Source: an uncultured Muribaculaceae bacterium
GTDB taxonomy: Bacteria > Bacteroidota > Bacteroidia > Bacteroidales > Muribaculaceae
Length of the DNA: 64,000 bases
Reading direction: 5' to 3'
Assembly: GCA_910586595.1 (NCBI GenBank)
Contig: CAJUJB010000010.1
Span: 9,534 to 73,533, forward strand
Shown: piece by piece, positions 1 through 8,322 of the stretch
How positions within the stretch are numbered: position 1 is the stretch's first letter
Layout: the number at the start of each line of letters is the position of its first letter
Translations under genes and position numbers: made by a program
The notes under the pieces: model-generated
The model's input: the letters and a program-made list of their open reading frames with translations, nothing else
Databases searched by the model: none
What the model was told of the DNA's origin: nothing

Positions 1-689
1 TGAAGGAGTTCAAGCGCCCCAACGTACTTTTCTCTTCTTCGGCCACTGTATATGGCGACGCTGAGGTTCTTCCCGTTACTGAGGAGACTCCCCGCCAGCC
101 GGCTACATCGCCTTACGGCAACACCAAGCAGATCGCTGAAGATATTCTCCGCGACTGCTGCCGCGCTTATGAAGGCTTCTTTGGCATAGCCCTCCGCTAT
201 TTCAACCCCATCGGTGCTCATCCCAGCGCGCTTATCGGTGAGCTTCCCCGCGGTGTACCCAACAACCTCATTCCTTTCGTTACCCAGACTGCTGCAGGTG
301 TGCGCGAATGCCTCTCTGTTTTCGGCAACGATTACGACACCCCCGACGGAACATGCCTCCGCGACTACATCGACGTTCTCGACCTTGCCAAGGCTCACGT
401 GGCCGCTGTAGACCGCATGGTTGATCACAAGATGAAAGAGAAATATGAGATCTTCAACGTCGGCACCGGCACTCCCGTCTCTGTGCTCGAGCTCATCACA
501 CGCTTCATGAAGGCTACCGGCGTTGACCTCCCCTATAAGATTGTAGGCCGCCGTGCCGGTGACGTTCCTGCCGTATGGGCCGACACCGCACTTGCCAACA
601 AGGAACTTGGCTGGAAGGCCGAGCGTGACCTCGACGACACTCTGCGTGCGTCGTGGAACTGGGAGAAACGTGTACGCGGCATCAAATAA
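1..689 (+). CDS. galE: UDP-glucose 4-epimerase, C-terminal part (5' end outside window)
   Basis: Frame 3 is open from nt 3 (KEFKRPNVLFSSSATVYGD...SPYGNTKQ, the SDR YxxxK motif) and continues into listed ORF 300..689. Stop is TAA at 687-689. Confidence 0.85.
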   Translation, partial: KEFKRPNVLFSSSATVYGDAEVLPVTEETPRQPATSPYGNTKQIAEDILRDCCRAYEGFFGIALRYFNPIGAHPSALIGELPRGVPNNLIPFVTQTAAGVRECLSVFGNDYDTPDGTCLRDYIDVLDLAKAHVAAVDRMVDHKMKEKYEIFNVGTGTPVSVLELITRFMKATGVDLPYKIVGRRAGDVPAVWADTALANKELGWKAERDLDDTLRASWNWEKRVRGIK

Positions 690-700
690 TAGCCTGTATC

Positions 701-1744
701 ATGCTTACTACAGCTAAATACCCCTCTCCCAAGGGTGAGATTACTCTCGTCACCATCACCAATGCCTCCGGCGCTTCGGTTGTGCTCAGCAACCTCGGCG
801 CAGGTATAGTGGAGGTGAATGTGCCTGACCGCGACGGCAAACTTGCCGACGTGGTGCTCGGTTATGCAAATCCTGCCGACTATATTGCCGACGGCCCCTG
901 CGCAGGCAAAGTGCCCGGCCGCTATGCCAACCGCATTGCCAAAGGCGACCTCAAGGTCGATGGCAAAGCTTATCAGCTCGAGATAAACAATGGCCCCAAT
1001 GCACTTCACGGTGGCTCGGAAGGCTTCCATAATCAGATCTGGACTATTGTGAGCGCTGAAGGAAATACCGTGGTGATGGAATACAAGGCCGCCGACGGTG
1101 AAGCAAATTATCCCGGTAATCTCACAGCCCGTGCAACTTACCGCTGGACCGATGCCAATGAGCTTGAGCTTACACTCGAAGCAACCACCGACGCCGCTAC
1201 GGTTGTGAACCTCACCAACCATGCTTACTGGAATCTTGCCGGTCATAACGCCGGCTCGGTGCTTGGTGAGAAGCTTCAGCTCAATGCATCGCAGTACCTG
1301 CCCACCGACAACACTCTGATTCCAGAAGGCGTGCTCGTGCCTGTGGCCGGTTCGCCCATGGATTTTACCTCCGCCAAAGCACTTGGTGACGAGATCAAGG
1401 TAGAATTCCCGGCTCTTGTCTATGGCAAGGGTTACGACAACTGCTGGGCTGTGGATAACTATACCCCCGGCAAAGTGCAGACCGTGGCCGTGCTCACCGA
1501 CGATGCCACCGGCCGTTGCCTCACGGTAGACTCCGACCAGCCTGGTGTGCAGATCTACACCGGTAACTGGCTCGCTGGCTGCCCCGCAAATAAAGCCGGT
1601 CGTGTATATGACGACTACGATGGTGTAGCCATCGAGTGCCAAGACTTCCCCGATGCGCCCCATAACACTGGCTTCCCCTCTACCGAGCTGCGCCCCGGAG
1701 AAAAATATTGCCGCCACATCAACTTTAAATTCACTGTATATTAA
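701..1744 (+). CDS. galM: aldose 1-epimerase (galactose mutarotase)
   Basis: ORF 653..1744 trimmed to the ATG at 701 (MLTTAKYPSPKGE), just after the galE stop. Mutarotase-like motifs are present: NALHGG, NLTNHAYWNL, DQPGVQIYTGN. Confidence 0.85.
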   Translation: MLTTAKYPSPKGEITLVTITNASGASVVLSNLGAGIVEVNVPDRDGKLADVVLGYANPADYIADGPCAGKVPGRYANRIAKGDLKVDGKAYQLEINNGPNALHGGSEGFHNQIWTIVSAEGNTVVMEYKAADGEANYPGNLTARATYRWTDANELELTLEATTDAATVVNLTNHAYWNLAGHNAGSVLGEKLQLNASQYLPTDNTLIPEGVLVPVAGSPMDFTSAKALGDEIKVEFPALVYGKGYDNCWAVDNYTPGKVQTVAVLTDDATGRCLTVDSDQPGVQIYTGNWLAGCPANKAGRVYDDYDGVAIECQDFPDAPHNTGFPSTELRPGEKYCRHINFKFTVY

Positions 1745-1747
1745 AAT

Positions 1748-2656
1748 ATGAAACCTACATTATTCATTCTTGCTGCAGGTATGGGTAGCCGCTACGGTGG
1801 CCTCAAGCAGCTCGACGGTCTGGGCCCCAACGGCGAGACCATCATGGACTACTCTGTATACGATGCAATCCAGGCTGGATTCGGCAAAGTTGTTTTCGTT
1901 ATCCGCAAGGATTTCGAGGCTGATTTCCGCGAAAAAGTACTCAGCAAATACGAAGGTGTTGTACCTACCGAAGTTGTATTCCAGTCAATCGACGCTCTTC
2001 CCGAAGGATACACCTGCCCCGCCGACCGCACCAAACCCTGGGGTACCAACCATGCCGTGCTCATGGGTAAGGACGCCATCAAAGAACCGTTTGCTGTAAT
2101 CAACGCCGACGACTTCTATGGCCGCGACGCATTCAAGGTAATCGCTGAAGATCTCATGCGTCCGCGCGACCGCAAGGGCGACTATTGTATGGTAGGTTTC
2201 CGCGTTGGCAACACCATGACCGAGAACGGCTCTGTTGCACGTGGTGTATGCGAGACTAAAGACGGCCTCCTCACCTCTGTTGTAGAGCGTACTGCCATCA
2301 GCTATGATCCCGAGCACCGCATCGTGTTCACCGACGAGAACGGCAAAGAACAGACTCTGGCTCCTACCACTCCCGTGTCGATGAACCTCTGGGGCTTCAC
2401 TCCCGACTTCTTCGAGTACAGCGACCGCGAATTCAAGAAATTCCTTGACCGAGACATCAATACTCCCAAGGCTGAATTCTTCATTCCCCTCTGTATCGAC
2501 GCCCTTATCAATGGTGGCGAAGCTACCGTTCGTGTGCTCGATACCGACTCGCGCTGGTTTGGTGTGACCTACAGCGCCGACCGCCCCGGTGTGGTTGATA
2601 AATTCGCTGAGCTTCACCGCGAAGGAGTTTATCCCTCGCCCCTCTTCAAGAAATAA
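1748..2656 (+). CDS. sugar-phosphate nucleotidyltransferase family protein
   Basis: N-terminal LAAGMGSRYGG matches the GxGxR signature of NTP_transferase enzymes. NADDFYG is also present. The gene starts 3 nt after galM. Confidence 0.6.
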   Translation: MKPTLFILAAGMGSRYGGLKQLDGLGPNGETIMDYSVYDAIQAGFGKVVFVIRKDFEADFREKVLSKYEGVVPTEVVFQSIDALPEGYTCPADRTKPWGTNHAVLMGKDAIKEPFAVINADDFYGRDAFKVIAEDLMRPRDRKGDYCMVGFRVGNTMTENGSVARGVCETKDGLLTSVVERTAISYDPEHRIVFTDENGKEQTLAPTTPVSMNLWGFTPDFFEYSDREFKKFLDRDINTPKAEFFIPLCIDALINGGEATVRVLDTDSRWFGVTYSADRPGVVDKFAELHREGVYPSPLFKK

Positions 2657-2700
2657 GCCGAGGTGTAACACCACATTAGCGGTTAAAGAATTTTAACTGC

Positions 2701-2734
2701 AAAGCCGCTCCGATAACACATTCGGAGCGGCTTT
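2701..2734 (+). terminator. hairpin terminator after the galE-galM-nucleotidyltransferase operon
   Basis: aaagccgctccg / cggagcggcttt, a 12-bp stem followed by a T-rich tail. Confidence 0.6.
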
Positions 2735-2871
2735 TCCTATTTTTATGTTGTAAAACATGTTTTGCCTTATCGTTCACGCTGATAGGTGTTTATATCCCAA
2801 AAAGTTCAAACCCTTAAGTAACATTTAGATTTTTTATCAAGGAAAAATTTCCGGAATTCGATGAAAATCGT

Positions 2872-2879
2872 TAATTTTG
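2872..2879 (+). promoter_or_regulatory. Bacteroidetes-type -7 box TAATTTTG upstream of ndk
   Basis: Exact TAnnTTTG match 43 nt upstream of the ndk ATG. Confidence 0.45.
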
Positions 2880-2921
2880 AGGCAATACCAATAGCATTAA
2901 CACGCATTAACACGCTCAACC

Positions 2922-3383
2922 ATGGAGCAGACATTTATAATCCTCAAACCTTCGACTATTACCCGTAGCCTTGTAGGCGACGTCATCACACGTTTCCAGC
3001 GCAAAGGCCTCATCATATCAGGCATCAAGATGATGCAGCTCAACGAAGAAATCCTCCGCGAGCACTATGCGCATCTTGTTGACCGTCCTTTCTTCCCCAC
3101 TCTCCTTAAGTCGATGATGGCTACACCGGTCATTGTGATGGTTCTCAAGGGTAAAGACGTGGTTCCGGTTGTCCGTGCCATGGTAGGTGCTACAAATTGC
3201 CGTGCTGCCGCCCCCGGCACTATCCGCGGTGATTTCGGTATGAGCGGTCAGGAGAACATAGTGCATGCCTCCGACAGCCCCGAAAATGCGGCAATTGAGA
3301 TTGCCCGTTTCTTCAAGCCTGAAGAAATTTTCGACTATGAGCCGCTGACTATGCCGGCTATCTACGCCCCCGACGAGCTTTAA
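2922..3383 (+). CDS. ndk: nucleoside diphosphate kinase
   Basis: 153 aa. Motifs TFIILKP, RGDFG and the NIVHASDS active-site His region are present. Confidence 0.9.
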   Translation: MEQTFIILKPSTITRSLVGDVITRFQRKGLIISGIKMMQLNEEILREHYAHLVDRPFFPTLLKSMMATPVIVMVLKGKDVVPVVRAMVGATNCRAAAPGTIRGDFGMSGQENIVHASDSPENAAIEIARFFKPEEIFDYEPLTMPAIYAPDEL

Positions 3384-3523
3384 GCGCGTCAGGTCGCTCG
3401 CCGGAGCACTCCGGCTTTATTCCATGGCCTTCGGGATCTCAAGCAAATTGCCGGAGTCTTGCAGGCCATGACCTCATTGTGATTAACTCTCTTCATCATT
3501 CCCACTCCAATCTCCGGACATTA

Positions 3524-4495
3524 ATGAAATCTACTATATTAGCACTCTCCACAGCCTTGCTTCTCGCCTTTGGCGCTTCCGCACAGAACTATCAGCTCCC
3601 CGACCGTCATGCTTCGCAGCACGACCAGTTGCTCGCCAACCAGGGTAATGCCGGTATTTCTGTGGAAAATACGACAAAGTATCTCGAAGAACTCTTCAAT
3701 GAGGAAGAGGAGCCGGAATTTGACATCTATACCGAGGGTTGGGACAGCAAACTTGTGAATTGCTATGCAGGTGTAGCTGTGCCTCAGACTGCCGATATCG
3801 ACGTATCGAAATTCGCCATTCCTCACCCCGGCTATATCACTTCGCCCTATGGCTACCGCAAACGTTTCCGCCGTATGCACAAGGGCGTCGATCTCAAGGT
3901 GAACATCGGCGACACCATCCGCGCCGCATTTGACGGTCGTGTACGCATCACCAACTTCGAGCGTCGCGGATATGGCTACTATGTTGTAGTTCGTCATACC
4001 AACGACCTCGAGACCGTATACGGTCACCTTTCAGGCTTCCTCGTTGAGCCGGGCGCATATGTCAAAGCCGGCGATCCCATCGCCCTTGGTGGTAATACAG
4101 GCCGCTCCACCGGCCCGCATCTTCACTTCGAGACCCGCTATATGGGATATGCCATCAATCCCTGCGCCATCTTCGATTTCGCCAATCAGACCACACATAC
4201 CGATACGTTTACGTTCGACAAGCGTACTTATCAGAATGCCCGCAACTACTCACCTGCGGCAAACAGCGAGTACGCCAAGCAGTATCTGAAAGATAATCCC
4301 ATCAAGCCTTACAAGGCAACCGCCTCTTCAGGAAATACGTCGAAGAGCTCTTCCGCAAGCTACCGCGTGCGCAAAGGCGACTCTCTCAGCAAAATCGCGT
4401 CGCGCAACGGCACCACCGTGGCCAAATTGTGCAAGCTGAACGGTATAAGCACATCTACCAAACTGCAGGTCGGACAGCGCCTGAAACTACGTTAA
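3524..4495 (+). CDS. M23 family metallopeptidase with C-terminal LysM domain
   Basis: ORF 3479..4495 trimmed to MKSTILALSTALLLAFGASA (signal peptide). M23 motifs HKGVDL and GPHLHFE are present. LysM region: YRVRKGDSLSKIASRNGTTVAKLCKLNGI. Confidence 0.85.
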   Translation: MKSTILALSTALLLAFGASAQNYQLPDRHASQHDQLLANQGNAGISVENTTKYLEELFNEEEEPEFDIYTEGWDSKLVNCYAGVAVPQTADIDVSKFAIPHPGYITSPYGYRKRFRRMHKGVDLKVNIGDTIRAAFDGRVRITNFERRGYGYYVVVRHTNDLETVYGHLSGFLVEPGAYVKAGDPIALGGNTGRSTGPHLHFETRYMGYAINPCAIFDFANQTTHTDTFTFDKRTYQNARNYSPAANSEYAKQYLKDNPIKPYKATASSGNTSKSSSASYRVRKGDSLSKIASRNGTTVAKLCKLNGISTSTKLQVGQRLKLR

Positions 4496-4501
4496 AACGC
4501 C

Positions 4502-4981
4502 ATGTTTAAAAAATTTCTTCTTATCGTAGCCTTTGTGGTGGCTCTCTGCATGCCATCGGCTATGGCTGACGAGCCTTCCGGCGTGTCAAAAGCCGATCTT
4601 CTGAAGGTATGTGAGAAAGTTCTCTCCACCCCTGTCTCCGACACAACCAAGGCAGCCACCCTCAGTAGCGTTTTGATTGCCTCTATTTCAGAGACCAAAG
4701 ATTATTCACTCCTGCTGGGTGATTGGGTGAAGCCGTTCACGTCTGTTGAAAACTCCACCCCCTGGCTTCTTTCCGCCTACATAGCGGCCGATACCAAGTA
4801 TGGCGTCGAGCATGGCCTCAAAACTTCCGATCTGAGCACCGTCAAAGCCGGATATGAAGGGGCAATCGAGTTCTATAAGGCGAATAAGAAAAATATAAAG
4901 GCCTCAAAAGAATTCAAGGCCCTGCTTAAGATGGACTCCGCTCAGCTTGACGAGTACATCGCATCTGTCTATAAACGTTAG
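4502..4981 (+). CDS. hypothetical secreted protein
   Basis: 159-aa ORF starting 6 nt after the M23 gene, with N-terminal signal peptide MFKKFLLIVAFVVALCMPSAMA. I recognise no family. Confidence 0.5.
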   Translation: MFKKFLLIVAFVVALCMPSAMADEPSGVSKADLLKVCEKVLSTPVSDTTKAATLSSVLIASISETKDYSLLLGDWVKPFTSVENSTPWLLSAYIAADTKYGVEHGLKTSDLSTVKAGYEGAIEFYKANKKNIKASKEFKALLKMDSAQLDEYIASVYKR

Positions 4982-5072
4982 TTTATAATCATCCCCCAAA
5001 CGGTACGGCGCTATAAATTCCACCGCATCGGCTCGAAGATCAAGTTTCGACAAACTGATTAATACAACACAA

Positions 5073-5102
5073 AAAAGGACGCTCACTCAGAAGCGTCCTT
5101 TT
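5073..5102. terminator. bidirectional hairpin terminator between convergent genes
   Basis: aaaaggacgc / gcgtcctttt stem flanked by an A-run and a T-run. Confidence 0.6.
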
Positions 5103-5154
5103 ATGTGTGAATTGAAGCCGGCTCGAGAGAGCTTGGGCCAGCAGATCTTTTGTA

Positions 5155-6530
5155 TCAGTTGAGCGGAATAAGTGATACGATTGCGCGGTTGGGATCGCTG
5201 AATATAATGTTATATTGTGCGGTCTTCAGGTCAACCGACACTGCCACCTTGTAGCCGTCCGACCGACGCGTACCTGTCATCTGGGCTTTGGCATGATTAT
5301 AGTCTGTTTCGATTGTTGTGATGTCGATTTCGTTGGCAAGACCCAAGTCTTTGTAATTGAACGTTAAGGTGATGGGGTCAAACGACACAACCTTGCATAT
5401 CTTGCTGTTTTCTCTCACGAGGCCATAGAAGCGTCCGTCATTGGCCAGATTCTCTTTCCATAGCATGATATTGCTGTCATTTCCGTCGTTATCCAGACGA
5501 CTGAATTTTTTTGTACGCTTGTCGAATATTATGTACCAGCCATATCTATCGTTCGTTTTGATAATCACTTTATCGGATGTCTCATACCAGGAGCTGAGAT
5601 AAACCTCGCCTAAAATCTCTGGAGACTCTAATTCTAATGGCTCGACGGTGCTTTGACCGTACGATGTTCCGATTGTTATAAGTTTAGGCTCGTGTGACAC
5701 CTCCAATAGAGCATCTTCAAGTATTACATATGAGGTGCGGTTATACGGGTTATTGATGGTACCGAAGGCGTCGTAGCCTCCATTGGGATAGATGATACCG
5801 GCTGTTTCGCCGGTTCGCAAGAGATTGTCGCTCCAGCAGGGTATAAAATAGATTGAAGTGGCTACCACGCCTCCCTTCATTGCGAAAACTTTTGGGTAAT
5901 CTCCGTATGCTATCGGAGAGCCGTCGGTGCTGAGTTGCTCCCAAGTGCCCTTGTTGTCAGAGAGGGTGATACGGCCTACATACCCAGGAAAATCGGTAGA
6001 GGACGTATAGAAACTTGCAAGCAGATGTCCGGCTCCGTCTTCAGTAAATCCCGATCCTATCGGCTCGAAACTTGCGGGATGGTTGGAGGGTCCGATACCT
6101 TTGGCGCTGAATACAAGACCGTCGCTTCGGCGGACAATCAGATTGAAGTACTCGTCAGTTGCGTATACTGGGTCGCCGTCGGCATCGTAGTAATCACACG
6201 CTACGAACGCAATGTAGTTTTCTGTCAGATTATAAACGTAAGCGGGCGATACCGTCAGATTCGACAGAGATTCCTTTCCGTCTTCATTTACAAAGACTCC
6301 CACGGCCGAGAGTTGACCATCGTCGCCAAGTTTGAACATTTTTGCGGTGCTGAAGTCACCATCGGTGGCTCGTGACTGCGCTGGGCTGAGCATTGTGAGG
6401 GCTTGGCTGTTGGCGAGGTCAAAACGTGTTATTGTTTTACCCCCCCTAATTCATCTGATTTGCAGGATGTTAAGCAGCTTGCGAGCAAAGCCGCCGCCAT
6501 CAGGCCGGTTGATAATTTGAAGTTGGTCAT
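5155..6530 (-). pseudogene. lipoprotein gene of unknown function, interrupted by a frameshift at a G7 homopolymer (phase-OFF allele, pseudogene or homopolymer sequencing error)
   Basis: The ATG at 6530 opens MTNFKLSTGLMAAALLASCLTSCKSDELGGVKQ* (lipobox LLASC), which stops at 6429. The 412-codon body ORF 5155..6393 is open in another frame right up to the G-run. One extra G would fuse the two. Confidence 0.6.
6440..6446 (-). repeat. G7 (C7 on + strand) homopolymer at the frameshift point
   Basis: ttaccccccctaa on the + strand. It lies immediately after the lipoprotein signal peptide codons. Confidence 0.9.
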
Positions 6531-6560
6531 AAATTGAGATTGAGATATGGTTTATTCTTA

Positions 6561-6568
6561 CAAAATTA
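6561..6568 (-). promoter_or_regulatory. -7 box TAATTTTG for the frameshifted lipoprotein gene, abutted by a T9 run (6570-6578)
   Basis: The minus strand reads cgtttttttttgTAATTTTGtaag, 30 nt upstream of the ATG at 6530. Confidence 0.45.
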
Positions 6569-6837
6569 CAAAAAAAAACGACAATCTATTTCTCTCCAGA
6601 AAAAAATTGGATTAGAGCAAGATAAGTAGTCATAAATCAGGTATAATTAGCTAAAAAACAAGTGTAGACCGCTAAGTAATCTATAATTCGCATGTATCTC
6701 GGCAGAGCATTAGTAACTTAGTTTAAGCAAATCGACCTATTCAGCAGTAATAGAGCCGCATGGCCTTGATAAGCAGGGAATGGTGCGGGGTATAAAATTT
6801 TCTTTTCCGCGCCGTCGTATTATGACGCGTTTTTTAC

Positions 6838-6845
6838 TACTTTTG
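6838..6845 (+). promoter_or_regulatory. -7 box TACTTTTG upstream of the DUF3298-like lipoprotein gene
   Basis: TAnnTTTG match 77 nt upstream of the ATG at 6922. Confidence 0.4.
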
Positions 6846-6921
6846 CAGCGTCAATAACGCGGAGGTGTTTAACTTACGGCTCCCCCGGGTGTTTATTATC
6901 TATAACCATCAACTTACAGAA

Positions 6922-7758
6922 ATGAAAAAGTCAAGCATCTCTCTCCTCGTTATAGCCGCGCTGGCCGCCTCTTTCGCCGCTTGCGACAGTGCCGATAAAT
7001 ATGCGTCAAATTCTATTGCGTTCAACCGGGTCGAGGCTGAGCAGGCCTATCGTCTCGTCGGTTCTGCAGAGGCTTATGAAACAGACGCCGACCTCAGCTA
7101 CGGATGCAAGGCCGATCTGCTTATGCCCACAGCTCTTTACGGTCAGCCTGTAGAGACGCTTCAGGATTCTATACTGCAGGCGGCTTTCGGTAAATACGGC
7201 AGCAATCACTCCGATGTAATCGCTCAGGCCCTGAAGGCTGAGGCTGCCGATCTTGACTATACTTTGGCCGATACGGTGATGCCTGACTCGGTGGTAAGCC
7301 AATATCCTAATTTCCTTACCCGTTTCGATGGATTTTCTTCAGTCGAGGGCGACCTGGAGACACTTACACCGAAGATTCTCTCGTATGCCGTGACTTTTTC
7401 CAATTATCTTCCTCGGGCTGCACATGGCATGTATGGCACCCGATATATCAACTATGACCTTACTGAAGGCAAGATCATATCTCTGAAAGATCTTTTCACT
7501 GCCGAGGGTCTGGCAGCTCTGCCCGATGCCATCCGCACTGCCGCCAAGCAGATGAAGGAAACGATCGGCGTGACTGATATAACCGGCCTCCCCGCTCAGG
7601 ATAATTTCTATATCACCGCCGGCAGCGAGGTAGTGTTCGCCTATCAGCCTTATGAAGTGGCCTCCTATGCCCAAGGCGAGATACAGATACCCATTCCTGC
7701 TTATCTGCTCTATGACTCGCTTACTCCGACGGGATTGCGTATCCTTCTCAACAACTGA
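6922..7758 (+). CDS. lipoprotein, DUF3298 (RsiV/PdaC C-terminal-like) family
   Basis: ORF 6865..7758 trimmed to MKKSSISLLVIAALAASFAAC (lipobox). AAHGMYGTRYINYDLTEGKIISLKDLF and FAYQPYEVASYAQGEIQIPIP resemble the DUF3298 consensus. Confidence 0.6.
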   Translation: MKKSSISLLVIAALAASFAACDSADKYASNSIAFNRVEAEQAYRLVGSAEAYETDADLSYGCKADLLMPTALYGQPVETLQDSILQAAFGKYGSNHSDVIAQALKAEAADLDYTLADTVMPDSVVSQYPNFLTRFDGFSSVEGDLETLTPKILSYAVTFSNYLPRAAHGMYGTRYINYDLTEGKIISLKDLFTAEGLAALPDAIRTAAKQMKETIGVTDITGLPAQDNFYITAGSEVVFAYQPYEVASYAQGEIQIPIPAYLLYDSLTPTGLRILLNN

Positions 7759-7822
7759 TAATGAACATTAGCCTTATGTAGGGTGTTTTGCTAAGAGAAG
7801 TCTAACAAAACACCCTACAATT

Positions 7823-8248
7823 ATGAATGCTAATCAGAAGGCGGCCGAAGCTGCCGCTAAAATATCGCAGGAGGCTGCACAGGTTTCAGCCAAAGCTGCC
7901 GACTATGCTGTAGAAGAACAAGCCAAAGCTGTGAAGGCTGATGCCGCCGCTGAGGTTGCCGATGCCAAGGCCAAGGCTGCGGAGGCTGTGGCTGCCGCCA
8001 AAGAAAAGGCTGCCGACATTGCCGCTGCTGCCAAGGATAAGGCCGCCCAGGCTGCCGCCAACATTCAGGACGCCATTGCTCAGCAACAGGAAGATCCGGA
8101 TTCAACCTATAATCAGGCTAAGGAAAAGGTGAGCGGTATCGCCGACAAGGTTCGCGACGTGACTGCAAATCTTGTTGACAAGGGCGCTGATCTGCTCGAT
8201 TCTCTGGCCGATAAGGCCCATGGCTTAGCCGATAAGATGGACAAGTAA
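7823..8248 (+). CDS. Ala/Lys/Asp-rich helical repeat protein (LEA/apolipoprotein-like low complexity)
   Basis: 141-aa ORF with KAAEAAAK / KAKAAEAVAAAKEKAADIAAAAKDKAAQAA periodic repeats and no signal peptide. Confidence 0.55.
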   Translation: MNANQKAAEAAAKISQEAAQVSAKAADYAVEEQAKAVKADAAAEVADAKAKAAEAVAAAKEKAADIAAAAKDKAAQAAANIQDAIAQQQEDPDSTYNQAKEKVSGIADKVRDVTANLVDKGADLLDSLADKAHGLADKMDK

Positions 8249-8264
8249 ATAAGACACATATAGA

Positions 8265-8303
8265 CAAGGCTCCGCAGCTGATCAGCCAGCTTGCGGAGCC
8301 TTG
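8265..8303. terminator. bidirectional hairpin terminator
   Basis: caaggctccgca / tgcggagccttg, a 12-bp stem between convergent gene ends (8248 and 8323). Confidence 0.65.
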
Positions 8304-8322
8304 ATTAATAGGGTCTCTGTCG

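Noticed and set aside
533-1717. 394-aa ORF antisense to galM
   Set aside because: It lies fully inside the mutarotase gene and on the opposite strand. Its composition is Gly/Ala/Val/His-rich with no motifs, typical of a shadow ORF in GC-rich coding DNA.
2894-2913. Tandem 10-bp repeat gcattaacac x2 in the ndk leader
   Set aside because: There are only two copies with no obvious function, so this is probably a chance duplication.
6531-6921. Possible invertible promoter (inverton) in the 390-nt AT-rich divergent intergenic region. I noticed the direct repeats TAAGTA-N-TATAATT at about 6623-6650 and 6673-6690.
   Set aside because: I could not find flanking inverted repeats of useful length, and no site-specific recombinase gene is nearby. 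The short direct repeats are weak in AT-rich DNA.
7857-8132. Three alternative-frame or antisense ORFs inside the Ala/Lys-rich gene
   Set aside because: They are artefacts of the repetitive GCN-rich sequence. Only the 7823-8248 frame gives a coherent helical repeat protein with proper start and stop context.
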